A DNA stretch of 64,000 bases from Macrostomum hystrix (taxonomy: Eukaryota; Animalia; Platyhelminthes), in NCBI GenBank assembly GCA_950097015.1, contig CATNEN010000039.1:12834001-12898000 (forward strand), given 5' to 3'. Position numbers and translations under genes: made by a program. Below, in pieces: positions 11,108 to 22,330 of this stretch (positions are counted from its first letter, which is position 1; every line of letters begins with the position of its first letter). The notes beneath the pieces are model-generated. The model worked only from the letters and a program-made list of their open reading frames with translations, was not told the DNA's origin and made no database searches.

Positions 11108-13121
11108 CGTTGCGTATTAGTTAAGCAATAGGGGATGTTGAGGGCTTGGAAGTTTTGATTATTTTTTCCCGGTAGAATCGACCTTTAAGTGTCTGGGCCG
11201 GACAGAAGGTGAGTTTGCCAAGGTAAAGGCTTAAATATTTCATGGCCTACCTGCTACCTCCGCGGGAGAATCTGCAGCCGGCCAATGCAGAAAGTCCCCC
11301 CTAACTAAAAACGGGTTGGCAAACTAACTGTGACTGGCTCTAGCAAGCAGCGTCCATAATTTTGTTTATTGATGTTGTTAAGGAAGCTTTAAAAGCGTAG
11401 TTTTTCAAATTAGTTATTTGTTTCTTGGTCCTTTAGAAGCTACAGCATAAAGACATAGGCAATTATAAGCTTTAACGTTTTAGTCGTATTTCTTTAACAG
11501 TTTGACATTATTCTTATGCGCTTAAATTTGTGCTGGCACAAGAAATCCGAACAAATTGTAATTTATTTTCCTAACAGTAGGAGTTACTAAGCCGTTTTTT
11601 TCGCCAGTTTTTATACCAAGCTATGGGGGACGGACCCGCTGTAAATTTTTTTGGCAGCGCCTGAATTCTAACAGCGTTGGGTGGTGACTGATTGTTTGAC
11701 AGACTAGGCGATGGGGTCCTGTGGTTGGGCTGCGCCTAATATTTAGGCTTGATCAACGAAATTGGAGAAATTCGCATCAGGGTGTCCATAGTGGCCTAGT
11801 TACACCTGTTGTAGCCCTTGAAGGTCCAGCAGTCTGTCTAGATAAAGGTACGTGACCACCAAAGACGGAGATGATGCAGGCACATTTGGGTGATATGCGG
11901 ATAAATTTTGAAGGCCTGGCAAGGCCGCACTGAAGCACAGTCATGCTAATTCATGCATAAGGGGTGTATGAAATGCACTAGCTCTTATGGGAACAATCAG
12001 ACCTTCGGCCAAAAACATTGAATATCTCGATGGTCTGAAAAGCTGGCGACTTGATTCTTGTTTCAGAAGATGCGTAGCAAAAATTAGGCCTATGTTCTTG
12101 AGTTTCGTGTGCTTGCGTTGCTCCGTTCGGGTGCAGCACAAAAAACTGTCAAATTGTCAAGGGGGGAGTGACATTCCCCCCTTGGTAGTTCGATCTACAG
12201 TTAGTTAGGTATAGACAGCTGGCAAAAAATATGCATTTAACACAGTGACAATTAAGACAGGAAAAAGTGACCTTCTGTCAGATTCGTTGAATATCTTGAC
12301 GCTCTGTAGTAGTGGTGACTAATTGTTTGGTTTTCATAATGAATCTGCATTTTTTCGCGGCCTTCAAAATTCTCATTTGGATGAGACAGAAGTGGACAAA
12401 GAAAAAGTTCTCCAACAGCGATTATGAAGCATGCAAATAGCAACTAAAGAGTATATTAAAAAGCAAAACGGTTACTTCCTATGCAGCCATGCCTGTCTGT
12501 CAGTGCATGATTTCCACGCAGAATGCACTTCAGCCATAGAGCCGCTGTGAATGACAACTTGAATATTTCATTAAACAACTCTCTCGAGTCCATGTCTGCA
12601 GAGTCAGTGATGGACAGCTCACGCACAGGACAGGTTTTTTACTTTTAGATTTTTCACTCTGCTTACAACGATGTGGAGGAAACATGAAAGTTGGGCTCGC
12701 ACTCTCATTTAGTAATTGGGGACATTTGCAACTGAATATTAAAATGCGACTCAGCACTGCTCAGCACTGCTCATAGGGAAGCAGTACAAAGCTGCTCTAG
12801 ATCGTCTACTGACTAGTAAACAGTACTGCGCATTGTAGCTTGTCTGGTGCACTGGGTAGCTGTTTTTCTGTATCTTCCAAATCAATCAACCAATCGCAAT
12901 GAAAATCCAGAACACGGGCTAGAACTTTCCGCTCTATCCGATGAAACAACTTGCAGAATCACAGAAAATCGTCAAGATATTCAACTATTCTCGTCCGGTG
13001 TCTGGTGCCAAAAATTACGAATATAGGCGTAAATATTGTCCTGTGGCGGTCAAGGGCAAGTGCACTCTGTAGCAGCCACTTGCAAGCCGCTCTGCCCGCA
13101 GACTTTTCACACCACCCCACG

Positions 13122-13955
13122 TAGAGATGCCAAAAACCGGCCCTTTTTGAGAACCGGTTAACCGGTTTGAAAACCGCCTTTTATAAGAAAACCGGTCTTT
13201 AAAAAACCGGTTTGGGTGCCAAGTTTTTAAAAAGCACTAAATAAGCATAGAAGATAGAACTTATATACAATCGTGAATTTGTTAAAGGTGTGCGTGCCGA
13301 TTAATAATAATAAAAGTTTCTTGGAATTATTAATTTAAAATTTGTTATAGTTAGGTATCGCGGAAATTGAATATCGCGCCAATTCAAATTTTCCGTGGAC
13401 TTTCTTCGGAATCGTTCCGTAGCCAATGCGAACTAAAATAAAGACCCAATGCGAACTTAATATAAATTGAGATTTAGTTCGGATCAGTTCGTAACTAATT
13501 CGCGAACTCTTAATTTTGCTGAATAATAACTTAAACTTAATGATGCACTGGTAGCAATGATTGATTAATTTGATGATTTTGGCCAAGGCAAACTGGTCAC
13601 AGTCTCGAAATGGCGGTACCCTGGGATGGTTAGATAAGAAACGGCGAACCCTTGATGTTTTTAGGTTTAGACTTAGATAGTTTTAGATTAGGCCCCAATT
13701 TAGATTTATACTTAAAGTTGAACTTAGATTTAATTTCAAGTTTAATTTTAAGTTTAATGTTCAATTTGAAAGGACTTAGTAGCGCTGCCACCACGAAGCA
13801 AATTTTGTTACCAGTTATTTTTTCTCTAAAGTGCAAAAATTGTGACTCTGTGGGACATAATTAAAATAAAAAACCCATTAAAAACCGTCAAAAACCGGAC
13901 AAAAAACCGGTTTTTTAGAAACGGTTTTCCTGCTAAAAACCGGTTGGCATCCCTA
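13122..13955. mobile_element. Non-autonomous hAT element
   Basis: TIRs tagagatgccaa / ttggcatcccta; perfect 8-bp TSD accccacg (13114-13121, 13956-13963); clustered subterminal aaaaccgg motifs. Confidence 0.92.
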
Positions 13956-14384
13956 ACCCCACGTCTGCACGCGGCCAACCCCGGGGTCGGGTGGGGTGGG
14001 CGCCACCCCTCCCCGGTGTGACGTGTTTGGGCGGAGTGACCTTGACTTTTTACCGCTTGTTTACGCGCTGGCCGTATAAGACTGCGTGCGCCTCCTGTTT
14101 TATCCTTTTCCGCGTATCGCTTTGCTCTCCGCAAATATACACTTCGCACGCAGTAGCTAGCTGCCTGCTTCAGTCCTCACAAAATTTCATCCTGTCGGTT
14201 AGTGTTCTTAATTATATATTGTATTGCTAATACTGTTAACTTTCATACATAATAACTTTTATATTGAACCAATATGGATTCGCCATTCGCCAGGTTTATA
14301 CAGAGCAATGTTAGCTGTCCTTGTCACCAGGGTCTTCGACAAGAGTCGCTGAATATCTCGACGATGGTGACTCGGCCCACATTG

Positions 14385-14670
14385 TCATTAGACTCGCAGC
14401 CAGCGAGATGAGGCGACTCTTCCGATTCCGCTGACACCTGAGCACACACGCACACAGGGATGTACATCAGCCCCGACTTTCGCATAGACAGGCAGTATAC
14501 ACTCTCTTTTAACGTGCCTTGGCAGTTGGGCCTCAATGGCGTAAATTACATGACGAGCACCAAAGCCCACTTCGCTGCTGCGCCACAATTTATTGCGGCA
14601 TCGCCACGGAATCGAGCTCAGGGACCTCCGTGCAAGAGGCCAACGCGTTCGACCTCTCTGCCACTCATCC
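14385..14670 (-). mobile_element. tRNA-derived SINE, copy 3
   Basis: Minus: gagtggcagagaggtcgaacgcgttggcctc...gtccctgagctcgattcc...gaaagtcggggctgatgtaca...tctcgctggctgc. Confidence 0.7.
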
Positions 14671-14677
14671 GCTACGA

Positions 14678-14932
14678 AATGAGACAGGGGAGAGATGAGA
14701 AAAGGGAGAGATATGAGACAGGGGAGAGATGAGACAGTGGAGAGATGAGACAGGGGAGAGATGAGACAGTGGAGAGATGAGACAGGGGAGAGATGAGACA
14801 GTGGAGAGATGAGACAGGGGAGAGATGAGACAGGGGAGAGATGAGACAGTGGAGAGATGAGACAGGGGAGAGATGAGACAAGGGAGAGATGAGACAGTGG
14901 ATAGATGAGACAGGGGAGAGATGAGACAGGGG
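14678..14932. repeat. 16-bp purine-rich tandem repeat (gagacaggggagagat)n
   Basis: Same unit family as 20170-20540, 29540-30505 and 55640-55985. Confidence 0.92.
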
Positions 14933-15658
14933 ATTTTCCTAGAAGTAAAAAATCTCGTACAAAAAGCCTCGATTAATATTCACAGCCAACTCGACGGCAG
15001 TTACACAGTGCATTTTCTTAGAAAAGCTTGGCCACATAATTGTGAGTGGAGTGTATCGGACTGTATTCAGATGCAATTTTAACCGAATCACGTTTAAGCA
15101 AGCAACAACAATCGCAACGCCAAGTAATAAAGTGCACACAGCTGAGCACAGGCTCAGGACATTTTTACATTTCTTGCTCAACAAGAAGTCCTATTAAAAG
15201 CTAAAAAATCTTGGTAAAACATGCGTCCATTCTACTTGAAGTAGCACGCAATGATGATAAAAACTGCACGGTCTACTCGTTTTTAAGGTCCTTTGAGCAG
15301 CATTACTAATTAGGCGAGTGGTAAACTACGAACCTTTTTTGGGGATCTGGGAGATTGATGACCAGTTTAGAGGACCATAGAGGTTAATGACCCATATTGA
15401 TGACCTGCGAGATTAATGACCAATTTATAGAATATTTTTTGAAATTGGAGGAGAGAGCAAAAGGATTTGAATTAGGCGGAATAGCAGGTGATCACAACAA
15501 TACACCAGGCAAAGTTGTTTACAAGAAAACTAGCATTACATATAAAGGGAGAAAATTACAAAAATATGATAAAAAATGCTGTAAAAAGACAATTTCAAGA
15601 CATTGACTTGAAAAACGATATGGATTTGTCAAGTAAAACCAATTGAAAGTCGAACTGC

Positions 15659-17557
15659 TCAATGAATGAGCAGCGTCTTATTTAGAAAGCTCTGCAACCG
15701 GTCCAAGCGTTCGTCAATCTGCTGAATGTCGTCATCGAAGCCGAAGCCACCAACCGGCTTCGGCTCCGCAGCCGAAGTCCGACTCTTTCTGGTCGTGGAC
15801 GACTTTCGCGGCTGGCGCGATCGCGAATGGCGAGGCCGGCCGGGCACGGATGCCGAAGCCGACGCCAACAGGTCGAAGCTGCCAATTCGGCGAAGGCAGT
15901 CGGCGTCGATATCATCGTACTCATCGTCGAGGGAGAAGTCGTCGACGCCAACTTTCCTGGCGGCGTAGGAAGTGGAGGACGCCGCCGACACTACAGACGG
16001 CGTCGGCGAAGGCAGCGGCGCGCCGGCCAGACGGATTCGGTCGGCAATGTCACGACGCCGACGCTCGCGACTCTCTTGTCGACGCCGCTCAATGTCAGCG
16101 ATGTAGGCGGTAGGATCGAAGCGAGGACAGGAGTTGGAGCGGGGCCGCCTGCGCTGCTGCTGCTGCTGTCTGGCCGAAGAAGCGAAATCTGCCAGGGTTT
16201 CAGATTTTAGTGGGTTGACGGTCCTTACCATTGGAATTCCAGACAAAAACTACTATGGGTATCTGGGAGAATAACTAGCATTGGGATTTGGGAGAATGAC
16301 AAACATTAGGATTTGGGAGCGAGAATGACTATCATCCCGATTTGGGAGAATGACTACCATTGGGATTTGGGAGAATGACTACCATAGGGATTTCGGGGGA
16401 ACGACTACCACTGGGATCTGGGAGAATTACTATCATTGGGATCTGGGAGAATTTATACGTTTGGGATCTGCGAGAATGACTACCATTGGGATTTGCGATC
16501 GAGAATGACTAACATGGGATATGGGATCGAGAATGACTAACATGGGATTTGGGTACAAACCTCGGTGCCGACGCGCTGAAAGAGGCGCCTGAGGCGGCCG
16601 CGGCGAAGGAGACCGACGGCGCTGGTAGCGAGCATACTGCTGCTGCTGCTGCTGCTGCTGATAGTTGATGTAAGTATCTCGCACCCTGGGCGAAGGCGAG
16701 GGCGAATTACCGGCGGAGGCAGGTCGACTTCTCCGAGCGCCAGTGGGCGCAGCCTTTGCTGCCGACGAAGTCGGAGCTCGGCGCAGCAGGGCCAGCTCGT
16801 GGGTCAGCTGTCGCAGACGCAGCCGGAGCAGCCGTTCGGCGTTGCGCAGTTCGTCGGCTTCGCGACGTCGCCTAGCGGACTCGGCCTCGGACGCGGCCAA
16901 TCGCCGCTGGAGCTGGGCGACTTCGGCGCGCAGCCGGGCATTTTCAGCGGCGAGCTCGGAGGAAGCGCCGCCATTGTTGACATCGCAATCATCGTCGGCG
17001 TCCTCGTCGAATTCCTGATCGTCGGCCCGTCGCCGGCCTGGAGGCTTTTCGCCGACAACGACTGGACTGACGCGGCCCTGATGAGCCAGCGCAAGCGGGT
17101 AGTGGACCTGGTCGAAGCGAGTGCGATAGGTCAGGATCAAGTAGCGCTTGCCTATGCTTTCGCCTCCTCCGCGCGGCGTTCTCGCCGTCGTCGAAGTGGC
17201 AACGTTGGAATCATCGCCAATGCGTTGCGCTCGAAGCGCACGCAAGTCGTCCAACGTCATGAGATCCAGCGACAGCTGCTCCTGCGATTCGCTTGCCTGA
17301 TCCTTCTTCCGCTGCTTCTGCTGCTCGCCCACTGCTGAGACCAGCATGCCAACGAACACGGCGTAACGCTTGAAGCTCCCCGTCTTTCTAGTCAGTTCCT
17401 CCAGGTAGGCTGCCGAGAACTCGCCAGCCCACAGCCTACCGCCTGACTCAACCTCGGCTGTGAGAGCTTCCGGACTCGCTGATACAGACACTCGTAGCTG
17501 CTGGCAGCGCAGGTAGAAATGGCCGCTGGAGCTACGCAACTGCTGCTGCTGCTGCAT
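15659..17557 (-). CDS. CCDC61: Coiled-coil domain-containing protein 61 (VFL3, SAS-6/XRCC4-like head), 2 exons
   Basis: WAGEFSAAYLEELTRKTGSFKRYAVFVGML, LSLDLMTLDDL, KRYLILTY...FDQVHYPLAL, coiled coil, RFDPTAYI, IDERLDRLQSFL. Exons 17557-16561 and 16188-15659, phase-1 intron. Confidence 0.9.
16250..16552. repeat. Degenerate ~25-bp repeat filling the CCDC61 intron
   Basis: gggatttgggagaatgactaccatt-like units. Confidence 0.8.
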
Positions 17558-17668
17558 GACTTTGTAGCTTGATGTGACTTTAACACTTTTCGACTAGTGA
17601 TTAGGCTGCAATGCTGCGAAAACCACGTCCAACATTATCGATCTCCTTACATCTTAGGTGCTAACTAG

Positions 17669-18317
17669 CTAACTAGCCATTGTGGAGAAGTCACGTGACC
17701 TTCTACTATCACAGCAGCTAACTAGATACCAAGCCATTGCGGAGCAGTCACGTGACCTTCTACTATCACAGCAGCTAACTAGATACCAAGCCATTGCGGA
17801 GCAGTCACGTGACCTTCTACTATCACAGCAGCTAACTAGATACCAAGCCATTGCGGAGCAGTCACGTGACCTTCTACCATCACAGCAGCTAACTAGATAC
17901 CAAGCCATTGTGGAGCAGTCACGTGACCTTCTACCATCACAGCAGCTAACTAGATACCAAGCCATTGCGGAGCAGTCACGTGACCTTCTACCATCACAGC
18001 AGCTAACTAGATACCAAGCCATTGCGGAGCAGTCACGTGACCTTCTACCATCACAGCAGCTAACTAGATACCAAGCCATTGTGGAGCAGTCACGTGACCT
18101 TATACCATCACAGCAGCTTACTAGATACCAAGCCATTGTGGAGCAGTCACGTGACCTTCTACTATCACAGCAGCTATCTAGATACCAAGCCATTGCGGAG
18201 CAGTCACGTGACCTTCTACCATCACAGCAGCTAACTAGATACCAAGCCATTGTGGAGCAGTCACGTGACCTTCTACCATCACAGCAGCTAACTAGATACC
18301 AAGCCATTGTTGAGCAG
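17669..18317. repeat. 57-bp tandem repeat, ~11 copies, each with a GTCACGTGAC palindrome
   Basis: Unit gccattgYggagcagtcacgtgaccttctacYatcacagcagctaactagataccaa; palindrome at 17690 and every 57 bp to 18260. Confidence 0.96.
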
Positions 18318-18592
18318 CCAGGTTAACTTCTAATCCAACTCGCAATGATTATAAGACAATAAGTTACAGTTTAAGGGCTAAGAAAGTTTAAGCACGCGAT
18401 TTATGCCAGGTACACTTTTTATATTGTTTATAAATATTATTATATTTAATTAATACAGAATGAAAAAAAATTAAATGTTGAACTAGCATATGGCTAAATA
18501 TCTGTCATTTAAAAAATGCTGCCACATTATTTGCCGAATTTATTATTTACATTTCTACTGCACTACTGAAAGTAGAACAATAAGAAAACAAT

Positions 18593-21500
18593 TCACAGAA
18601 TATGATTGGGCGGAACGCGCGGGCCAACGCTGGGGGCCTCCACAATTGGCAGATTGAAGCCTGGCTGGTGATCCACCGTGGAGTGCAGAAGGAGGCTGAC
18701 TGCGCCGCCGCGTTGCATCATCGCCTGCCGGATGGCGCGCTCCTCGAACAGCAACTCCTCCAGGCGCATCAGCTGGCGCATCCGATCAATGTCAATCTCG
18801 GCCCGACGCAGGCGCGCCCACGCAAAATGACGCGTGCACTTTTGCCTGAATGGAATTGATTGGCTTCGAAAATATCTCCTTCAAACAGCTAGTCAGTTAT
18901 CATTCACCTTAGCAACCGTATCCAATAACCTATAGAAACACTTTCTCCGCCTTAGCAACCATATCAACTCGCCTATGAACAGTTACTGTCGCCTTGGCAA
19001 CCGTATCCCCTCACCTAGAAACAGTTTCCCTTGCCATAGCAACTGCATCCCCTCACCTAGAAACAGTCTCACTTGCCTTAGCAACCGCATCCTCTCACCT
19101 AGAAACAGTTTCCCTTGCCATAGCAACTGCATCCCCTCACCTAGAAACAGTCTCACTTGCCTTAGCAACCGCATCCTCTCACCTAGAAACAGTTTCCCTT
19201 GCCATAGCAACTGCATCCCCTCACCTAGAAACAGTTTCCCTTGCCATAGCAACTGCATCCCCTCACCTAGAAACAGTCTCACTTGCCTTAGCAACCGCAT
19301 CCTCTCACCTAGAAACAGTTTCCCCCGCCTAGGCAACCGTATCCCCTCACCTAGAAACAGTTTCCCTTGCCATAGCAACTGCATCCCCTCACCTAGAAAC
19401 AGTTTCCCTTGCCTTAGCAACCGCATCCCCTCACCTAGAAACTGGACAGAGCGGTCCGGCCAGTTCGTCATCGGTCAGCGGACAGCCGCACGCCTCGCCA
19501 GTGTCAGCCTTATCGCCGCGGTAGTGATCCGGGCAGAGCACAGCCAGCTTCTTGCAGTAGGCCCGGCTGGCCTGACAATAGCGATCGCAGAATAGCGGGG
19601 TGCCGTCCATCTGTGAGGGATAGGGAGCGCCGAAGCTGGTGCGAGATTCGATGCGCTGCTGGCACTTCACGAGGTGGCGCATAGCTGACCTAACCGGTGT
19701 CTCCTGTAGAATGGACCGGATGAGCGGTGGGCGACCAGGCTAGCTTAACTAGTTTAAAAAATCTGGGTTTAGATAGATATATTTAGAAAAAACTTTAGAA
19801 GAAAATTTCCAGTAGGAGACTTTTCGAGAACCCACCTGGGAGCAGGACGGACACGGCACTGTAACGTCATCTTCACCGGCGGGTCCGGGCTCTTCTGGCA
19901 CACCCGAGCGAAGTTGTCGACGGCCGCGCGCCAATAGCTGATCAAGGGCACGGTGACGCAGCTCGCCATCTGTGAGACGGCGCCTGGAGAGACAAAGCAG
20001 AGTGGAAATCCAACTGGGATTCTCTAGGATTCTCTGGGAAATCCAACTAGGACTCTCTGGGAAATCCGACTAGGATTCTCTGGGAAATCCCACTAGGATT
20101 CCTCTAAGCTCCCACTAAGCTCCCAAATCCGGCCCGTCGCCCCTTCCGACACTTTCAGTATCCTGTTTCATCTTTCCCCTGTCTCGTCTCTCCCGTGTCT
20201 CATATATTCCGTGTCTTATCCCTCCCGCGTCTCATCTCTCCGCTATCTTATCTCTCCACCGTCTCATCACTCCGTTGTCTCATCTCTCCAGTGTCTCATC
20301 TCTCCCGCGTCTCATTTCTCCACTGTCTCATCTCTCCGTTGTCTCATCTCTCCGTTGTCTCATCTCTCCCATGTCTCATCTCTTCCGTGTCTTATCCCTC
20401 CGTGTCTCATCTCTCCGTTGTCTCATATCTTCCATGTCTCATCTCTCTCGCGTGTCATCTCTCCCCTGTCTCATCTATCTGCCATTACATCTCTCCGCTG
20501 TCTCATCTCTCCTCAGTCTTCTCTCTCCCCTTTCTCATATTTCTACAGTCAATTCGGCCCGCTATCGTCTTTTAGGTTCTCTTTTTGGCCCACTAGCTAA
20601 TAAGTTTGCCGACCTCTGCTCTAGGGTATCCCACTAGGATTCTCCGGGAAATCCCACTGGTGTTTGTGAGAAATCTGACTGGGATTCTCTGGGAAATCCG
20701 TCTTGGATTCCCCAATTAAAGTGACTTGAATTCTCCTGGAAACCCGACTGGTATTCCCAGGTAAATACTAAAGGATAATGCCGGTCATCTGGCAACAATC
20801 GATGACATTTATCATAAAAGCCAAATTGATCCGTAAGAGAACCAGCCGACTCACCTGGCTGCCTCAGCCGATTGGCAAACCCGAGCCAGGCGAAGGGAGT
20901 CCCGTCGCTCTGCAACCGGCGCCCGAGCCTGCCAGGCGGTTAAACGGGCCGGCAGCAGTGAAGTCAGCCGCCGCTTAGCCCTTGCCAGTCCGCAGGCGGT
21001 GCCGCAGTAGGCGGAACCGCGCACGGCGGCCCGTCGACAAGCGGGGCCTTCGCATTGGCGCCGGACGAAGCGATCAGACGAAGAGGAACTGACGGAAGCG
21101 GTAGCAGCCGAGGTAGAGGCGGCTGCGGCGCGAGCTGGTCGCTGTGGAATTCTTCGCTGGCGTTTCGGCTGCTGCTGCTGACGCTTCTGTTGTTGCTGCT
21201 GCTGTTGCTGCTTCTGCTGCTGCAGCCTTTGCTGCTGCTGCAGTTGCTGACTGGATGATGACCTTGATTTGAGAGCAATGGAGATAATATAAAAAAAGTA
21301 TTACTTGACTTTTATTTCACTTTTTAAAACATCAGGTCTTTTCTGCTTTCTAGTCTCGCTTATGAATAAGGAGTCAGTTCGTGTTATTCCAAAATCTAGC
21401 ATGAAAAGATCGTGCAAACGGCTTCCTGCTCTCTCATTCGCTGAATCATATCACGTGATCGTTTTCCTGCGTACTATAAATAGCATGGGCAGTCCATGAA

Positions 21501-21917
21501 AATTCCATTGGTCGACAAAGTTGCACAGAGAACAATCTGTGTTGAAAATCCATTCACATACTTTGCAGTCTGCTGCTGCTGCTGCTGTTGCTGGCTAGTC
21601 TGGACAGCCGGCGCTTGGGGTACCGGCATCTGTTTAGTCGACACCGACAAATTAGAAGGCAATGATAAATCACCGGCGCCAGGATCCGCGGTCTTCCACA
21701 CGATGCGCAAATTCGGATGCCGTTTCAAGCAGCGCCGGCAGTAATAATTGCGCATCGCGTCTGCCTGCTTGGGCGTGACGCCGACACAGTCTCCGTGGAA
21801 CCATTCCTCGCATTTGTCGCAGCCCACCATGAATCGGCCGGTGTCTGTCGAGCGACAGATGCACCACAGCTGGCCGCGGCCTCCGCCAGGCTCAGAGGAT
21901 GTGTCCGAAGAGGACAT
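18593..21917 (-). CDS. CXXC1: CFP1/CXXC1 (Spp1)-like COMPASS subunit, 5 exons
   Basis: Exons ~21917-21562 (PHD: WCICR...MVGCDKCEEWFHGDC...YYCRRC), 21250-20855 (QCEGPAC...SAYCGTACGL), 19983-19836 (CPSC), 19703-19435 (HLVKC..ESRTSFG..LFCD..YCKKL.VLCPDH..CGCPL), 18845-18593 (CTRHFAWARLRRAEID...LEELLFEER...MMQRGG); all junctions phase-compatible. Confidence 0.88.
18900..19443. repeat. 42-bp tandem repeat in the last CFP1 intron
   Basis: Unit tcacctagaaacagtttcccttgccatagcaactgcatcccc; the last copy overlaps the exon/donor junction. Confidence 0.93.
20118..20618 (-). mobile_element. Truncated hAT MITE carrying the 16-bp satellite, inserted in an intronic ~23-bp repeat
   Basis: Reverse-complement match to 55565-56087 (ctagctaataagtttgccgacctctg end; aaatccggcccgtcgccccttccgacac); flanked both sides by gggaaatcccactaggattctct-like repeats. 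Confidence 0.8.
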
Positions 21918-22124
21918 TGTAACGGGTATTAGCTGCAAGGCAATTAACTTGGCTTATTTTATAGATCGACAGGCGGTTGCATATCTTGGGGATGATACAC
22001 CAGTCACTGATTCAATGGTATTTAGATAATTTGATAATTAGAAGTCGACGAGAACAAAGTAGCTATATATAATATTTTCGTTTTAGCCATTATTATATAT
22101 TATATAACAATATATTATGTACAG

Positions 22125-22330
22125 GTTGTAGCATCGTCATTCACGACTCCACTAGAAGAATTTGTGTCCTTTAGCAAGGCATTAACTGTGCATTGCGTCA
22201 ATTCACCCAGCTGTTAAATGGGTACCAGCATTAGCAGGGATAATTGAGGGTGGGTGTGGCATCTCCCCAGTCCATGGACTGAACAGCCACATGTGGCCTT
22301 CAGATGCACAGTGCAATAGCTGCGGCTGTG
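22125..22330 (+). mobile_element. Possible CORE-type SINE remnant
   Basis: gtgtcctttagcaaggcattaac...cacccagctgttaaatgggtacc resembles the CORE-SINE domain; degenerate B-box ttcacgactcc upstream. Confidence 0.45.

Noticed and set aside
12285-12985. 15-bp inverted match ttgaatatcttgacg / cgtcaagatattcaa
   Set aside because: Possibly an old MITE, but no defined termini or TSD could be established.
17669-18326. 212/214-aa repeat ORFs (likewise 18975-19595, 27896-28762, 29911-30670, 34613-34979)
   Set aside because: Artefacts of tandem arrays open in several frames.
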